Source of the DNA: the human T2T-CHM13v2.0 reference genome, Homo sapiens | Assembly: GCF_009914755.1 (NCBI RefSeq) | Contig: NC_060925.1 | Strand: one strand, 5' to 3' | DNA length: 64,000 nucleotides | Part shown: positions 58,178 through 64,000 of the stretch, piece by piece | Layout of the letters: each line of letters starts with the position of its first letter | How positions within the stretch are numbered: the first letter of the stretch is position 1 | Translations under genes and position numbers: made by a program | Notes under the pieces: model-generated | The model's input: the letters and a program-made list of their open reading frames with translations, nothing else | Databases searched by the model: none | What the model was told of the DNA's origin: nothing

Positions 58178-61100
58178 ACCCAAAAGGAAACACAGGGAGA
58201 CAAGGGGAGGGGTAAGGACAGCTCAAAAATTCTGAGGCCTTTTACCAGTTTGCACAGGGAGAGGGAGGCCAAAAGCCCAGCTGGCAGAAACTGGACCCTT
58301 TTGCTGGCACGTTGGGCTTCTGAGTTCCCTTCCCCTGAGCCTAATCCTAAGCCAACCAGTTTAATGTTTGGGAAATTAACTCTTTCCAGTTTGGAGGATG
58401 CATCTGAGGGAATCGTCCCATAGTACGGAGACACAATTACCTATCAGTGAAGAGAGGACAGAGGAGAAGAAAGGAAAAAAGAAGACACCGTCTGAAGGAG
58501 TCCCAGGGGTTCAGGGTGCATTTGAAAGGGGCACAGACTGCAGATGAATGGCTACCCATCTGGAAAGAGGGGAGCAGGTGTCCCTGGTTCCCTTCTCTTC
58601 CTAGCAGATACCCACGGTACATGAGGGAGAGAGGAAAGAGTGTTCTCTTTCCCTCTTCCATCCTTGCATCCCCGAGTCCCGGTGACCTTGGCAGGTGCCG
58701 CCATGAGTGCCAAAGTGGCTTGCACCCATGAAGCAGGGAGGGCCTAGAGAATAGGAATTATCCGCTCTCATCTATGCCTCTATCTCCTACTGTCAGTAGC
58801 CTTGGAGTTCCCTAGACCTCATTTATGCCATGGATATTTATGCCGTGGGTTTATCCATGAAACAAGAAGCTTGGGTTGGCTTAATTGGCAGGAATGAGCC
58901 ATGCTCACCTGCACCGTGCCTTTTAACCTCTGTTGTCATTTGTCTCTGGATCCCTCAGATCCAGTTTTCCTTCTTAGGACTTTGACCCAAAGCTTGAAAT
59001 TGAGTTTGGGACAAAAATGTGTCTCGGTGGGGGGTGGGGGAGGTGCATGGACTCCTTATCATAAGCCAAATGCTAAGGTGAAACTGTGGAATTGAGTCCT
59101 CCTCCAACAAGGGGGAGAAAAAGATGTCTTGTGACACAACCAGATAACTGGTGGCTATAGTTATGCTTGCGAGGGTTTGGGTGCATGGTCCTTGGCTTTG
59201 ATTAGCTTTCTTGGTCTTACTTTTCCAAAAAGGAAACCTCCAAGTGATGGGCATCCTATGTATTCAAATCACCTAGCAGGACTTGCAGGATAATTGCCCA
59301 GAGCTAGAATATTGATCCAGATTTCTACATTACCCATCCCTTTTGTCCTTTCTGAGCTGCAGCTGGAGATTGCTGGTTGGTTCACAAGAGCAAGCAGGGT
59401 TAGTCTAAAATGTAGGTGAAAACTTAAAAACAACCAATGAGTTTAGAATTTAATGACAAATGTATAATAAGTTTTGAAACATGATTTCTCTCTCTCCAGT
59501 CCTCATTTTTGTTAAAAAATCATCATAGGACTGAATGGTTTGCAAAATAGACTTTAGTCTTATACTTGGCCTGATTAATTGCATAAAGTGCAGCAAGAAT
59601 AATTATTTCTACATAGGCCTCTTGGATTGGCTTTGATGCAAGTTTGTTCCACAAGGAATCTCAGATAAGACCGTTTAATGCTGAGCCCAACCATGGGTTT
59701 GTATCCTCAAACAACTGTGAGTTTACCTTAAGGTCCCAAGATAAACTTGGAGCTCCCGGACCTGTTAGAAAGTGACATTCTTTACCTGTACAGGGTAACA
59801 TATGATGCAAACAACCATATTACCGTAAGAATACTCACAGATAGTTTCCAAATCCTAGAGGAACCAGGCAGAGAGAAACAAACATGCTCCAAATTTTTGT
59901 TCATAGGAGTAAACCTTACTCAATTATTAAAGGCTGTAAATAGTTCCAAGTGAGTTTCCTTAACTATGAAAAACAAAACAAGAATCAACAATATTCCAAT
60001 CAAAAGTCAAAAAGATTGCTTCAGCTTTCTGAGTTCAGTTCATTTAGTTAACTCTTCTTTTGTTTGATATTTGTGAACATTTCAACTCTTCACGAGTCCT
60101 GTATATTTTCCTTTATTCTAATGTTACAATCTCCAAAGTTATCAGAAGCCTGTATATGAGAGCACCTGTTAAAGTTCTATAGCTTATTATAAACCATCTT
60201 TTGAAAAGAATCAAAACGAGACAACAATTGTCTGTGAATAGCAAAATGTCCAGGATAGTTACAGTTAGAAACACAATTGACGAAGTTTGGTTATCTTCGC
60301 GGTTTACGATAACTTAACATACCAACCTTAATTATGATTGATAGCATATACTCAGACATTAGAATCTTAGAAATCCCATACAATTTTGGAACATATGTTT
60401 GTATTCACAAAAGTACAGCCTAAAGAAGACTGAAGATCATTCTGGCAATTCCATGTACCTAAACATGCCAAATAATCCTGTTTACCTCTTTTTTTGGGAT
60501 GTTTCAGGGACCCTCTGAAACATCTGAAAAGCCAGGTATCAGAAAAGACAATTTTGAAACTTAAGTTTGATTTCCAGAAGCCTTTTAAATATGTTTAAAG
60601 CACCTGATACTATGAAATAGAGTTCCAGATTACCACAAACTATTTATTTTCTCAAAATCATGACTCAGAAATTTTGAAGAAGCAAAAGCTTTTTATAACC
60701 CTTTTGCATTTAGTTAATATGTTCACACAGAGAACCTCTTCTACAAAATTAATTTCCACAGCTTTTCCACCACTTGTTTGAACCTTCAGCTTTCCCTATC
60801 TAACTCAAAATAATCCTTTAACCCTAGGCAAAAGTTTACATTTCCATGCCTTCTTATAACCTTTTACATAAAAATCACATTTTATTCTTCTTACACCCCT
60901 TGCATGTAAATCTATTTTCGCTAGTTTCAATTACATGTCATAATTGTAACTCCTAGCAATTTTTAACTTAAAGGTAAAACTTGGTAAGTTGAATTGTGTG
61001 CTAACTGCAGCCAATGTTTGCCTTCTTACTTAAGGGCCTGGTTAGTTCCACATGTCCCCAAGCCCTACCAATTACGAAGCCAGCAAGTCAAATAGTTCTC

Positions 61101-61244
61101 AAAACCCAAAAAGCAGTTTGTAACCTGAAAACACTTAGCAAACTTTGCATCTGACCTGCATTAATAATCTTCACGGCTGTTTTTATTTCTCAAAGATTAA
61201 AGTCACATGAACTGAAAGGTACCACGGATTTTATATTGCCTTTA

Positions 61245-61595
<351 letters not shown>

Positions 61596-63679
61596 TTAGA
61601 GCTCTTTTTACAGACATCACACACAGTACATACACAGATAGGCACAAGAAAACCCATTTGCTGGGTGGGGCCCTTTAAGGGACAGGACTAGGAAAGAGGA
61701 AGATATCCAACCAGAGACGGTCATCCCCTAAGGCAGGATTGTTAAATAAAGCCTTGCCAAGTGGTTACTGGCCATGCCCCAGGATGTAAAACAAGATGGA
61801 GGCTTGCAGCACAAACCATATAGACCTGCAAAGCACACCAGATTGGCCACAGCCCAACGCTAGCCCCACAAATCCTTTTTCACAATTAAAGCTTTACAGA
61901 GAATATAAACAGGGATTCTTATCATTCCTAGCCTAGCAAAATGTCTTCTAGAAAGAAAAAAAAAAAAACAAAACTTGCTTAAACTTAACTGCTGATGGGG
62001 CGGAGAAGAGGAAAGAAAAAAGGTTTAAAAATCCCTGGGGACGAACCTCTTATTCTTATACAAGTGGTTCCTCCATCAGGGAGAAAAGTTTACTGCCTAA
62101 TGAAGCTCAACCCCTTGGCTGGGGAAGGGGACGGCTGCTGTGGTGGTGCGTGGCTTGAAACAAGCCAGCCAGCTGTGTGAGACCCTTGGGCCATGCATCC
62201 CAGCTTCTGCACAGAGGGGAGAGGGAGCAAGGAGCCCCCGCTGGCCCGTCCTTCCCCCAAAAGGAAGGACCTTTCTTCTGAACTCCGGAGCCCCCGGATT
62301 TGGGGGGCATGTCTTGCCCACCTTCAGAAGTTCGAGGATTAAAATGCTTAGGAGCAACAGTGAGAGGTTTTGAGTCCCCATTTCACTCACCACTTCTCGA
62401 GCCCCCAAATGGGGCACCAAAACTTTTGCAGGACTCTTCCTTAGTTCAGTTAAAGATGGGGTTCTTTGTCCCATGGCCAGGAAAATTCAGGCTCACAGAC
62501 AATTTGAATGGTGAGTGAGACAGGGTTTTATTGGGTGAAAAGGAAGAAAAGGGGGAAACAGGGAATCGCGTTACGCCGAATCCCTGCTAGACCGCTTGCG
62601 TCGCAGCTTGAATCTTAGGTTCCACCCAGGAAGAAGAGGGGCCAGGCTCCTCTGCTGCAGACATCCTGAACTCTCCGAGGCCCCACTTCAGTGAGCAGGC
62701 TGGTTGGAGTTTCTGCAGGAACCCCCTCCCATCTGGCCGTCTCAATAATAATAATAACCATTGCCATTTGTGTCATGACATATGTTTACAAGGCACTTTC
62801 CTCCATCAAGAAGAGATTCCAATTGAACCTGCATTTATTGAGTGTCTACCACATGCCAGGAATGTTCATCTGTGCTATTTTATCTTCCCAAATAGATAAG
62901 ATGGTTGAGATGATTGTCTCATTAATATCTGAAGACACAGGCTAAGAGAAGTTAAGCAATTTGTCCAAAGACTCACAGCTGGGTAATGGTGGAGCCACGA
63001 CTCCAAACCCACCCCTGCCTCCTAGCATCCAGTCTCTTATGTCCCATGGGGCTTCTCAGTCAGGGACTCCTCCTCCTCTCCCTTCTTGAAAGACACCTTC
63101 TTGAATCCCTGACCAAAGATGCTTCCAGAAATGGTAGTTGAGGTTTCTTGGCCCCCTTTGAGGAGAGGATTAGGCGGCTCTTTCACCTGCTGCCTTAAGT
63201 ACCTGCTCTGGGCATGTGGATGGACCTGCTTGAGGTAATAGGGCGACAGCAAGAGTGGAAACCACGCACATTCACTGAGCCATGGGGCCTGGATATTCCT
63301 TCATGCCCATGATCAAGAACCAGAAGGAGGGACAAGAGGAGATAGACTGTCTCCACGTACGCATAGCTGGGGAGCTAGGACAGAAGTGCCACCCCCAGCG
63401 CAGCCCTCATGTTTCCTCACTGCCTGCTAGAGAAACACAGAGCTGAAAGTGTCAGTTCAGCCACCGCAGTGTCACTCAACCAAAGCAATGGTGAGCCTTT
63501 GCCCAGGAAGCAGCAGGCTGGGCTGCTCTTTGAGCAGGGTAGGCACGTTCCCTGCATGGGGCTCCCCTCCCCAGGCCCCAGCCCCCACCCCCAGCCAGCA
63601 GGCAAACCCTGAGGTGCTGGGATGAAAAACTGCCCAGGAGAGGTTTGCTGTCAGCTGGGTCATGCAGACCTTCTCACAT

Positions 63680-64000
63680 AGTGGCTGCTAGGAGCTGAAT
63701 TATGCCCCCTCCTAATTGTTGAAGTCCTAATTCCCAGGACAGAATGTGGCTGTGGTTAGAGACAGGCTCTCTAAAGAGATAATTAAGTTAAAATAAGGTC
63801 ATTAGGATGGCCCTAATCCAGCATGACTGGTCCGTATAGGAAGAGATGATACTTGGGAGGCTGAGGTGGGAGGATCACTTGAGTCCAGGAGTTTGAGTCC
63901 TGCCTGGGCAACATAGTGAGACCCTGTTTCTGAAAAAAAAAGAAAGAAAGAAGAGATTCGGACACACATACACAGCACACAGATAAAAGACCAGGCCAGG
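63680..64000 (+). mobile_element. MLT1-type LTR (runs off the window) interrupted by a FLAM/Alu monomer (~63851-63955)
   Basis: ctgaattatgccccct...ataattaagttaaaataaggtcattaggatggccctaatcca. Confidence 0.7.

Overview
Primate (almost certainly human) genomic DNA: repeat-rich, with no prokaryotic features. I recognise the protein-coding gene STUM (C1orf95, homolog of Drosophila stumble) on the + strand. Exon 1 lies upstream of the window, so 1-42924 is the distal part of a large intron 1. Next come a 180-nt coding exon (42925-43104), a 9-nt microexon (46789-46797) and a last exon (from 48129; stop at 48161-48163). The last exon carries a ~7.2-kb 3' UTR with AATAAA at 55316. The spliced in-window product reads ...[74 protein letters not shown]. 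Downstream is a two-LTR MER61-like (ERV1) non-coding provirus on the - strand (57312-62744). The rest is Alu, L1, L2, MIR, MaLR/ERVL LTR and DNA-transposon remnants. Nearly all ORFs in the supplied track are spurious. The most unusual structure is in the 3' UTR: a gapless 170-bp, ~91% identical non-Alu inverted repeat (50220-50389 / 51659-51828). A third partial copy forms a mutually exclusive, pri-miRNA-shaped local hairpin (51629-51706). Other points of interest are the SRRM4-type microexon, an L2-derived REST/RE1 core, tandem Pumilio elements, a CTCF-like motif, a twin-primed inverted L1 with a 19-bp TSD, and a trimeric Alu. Repeat subfamily names come from memory of consensus sequences and are approximate.
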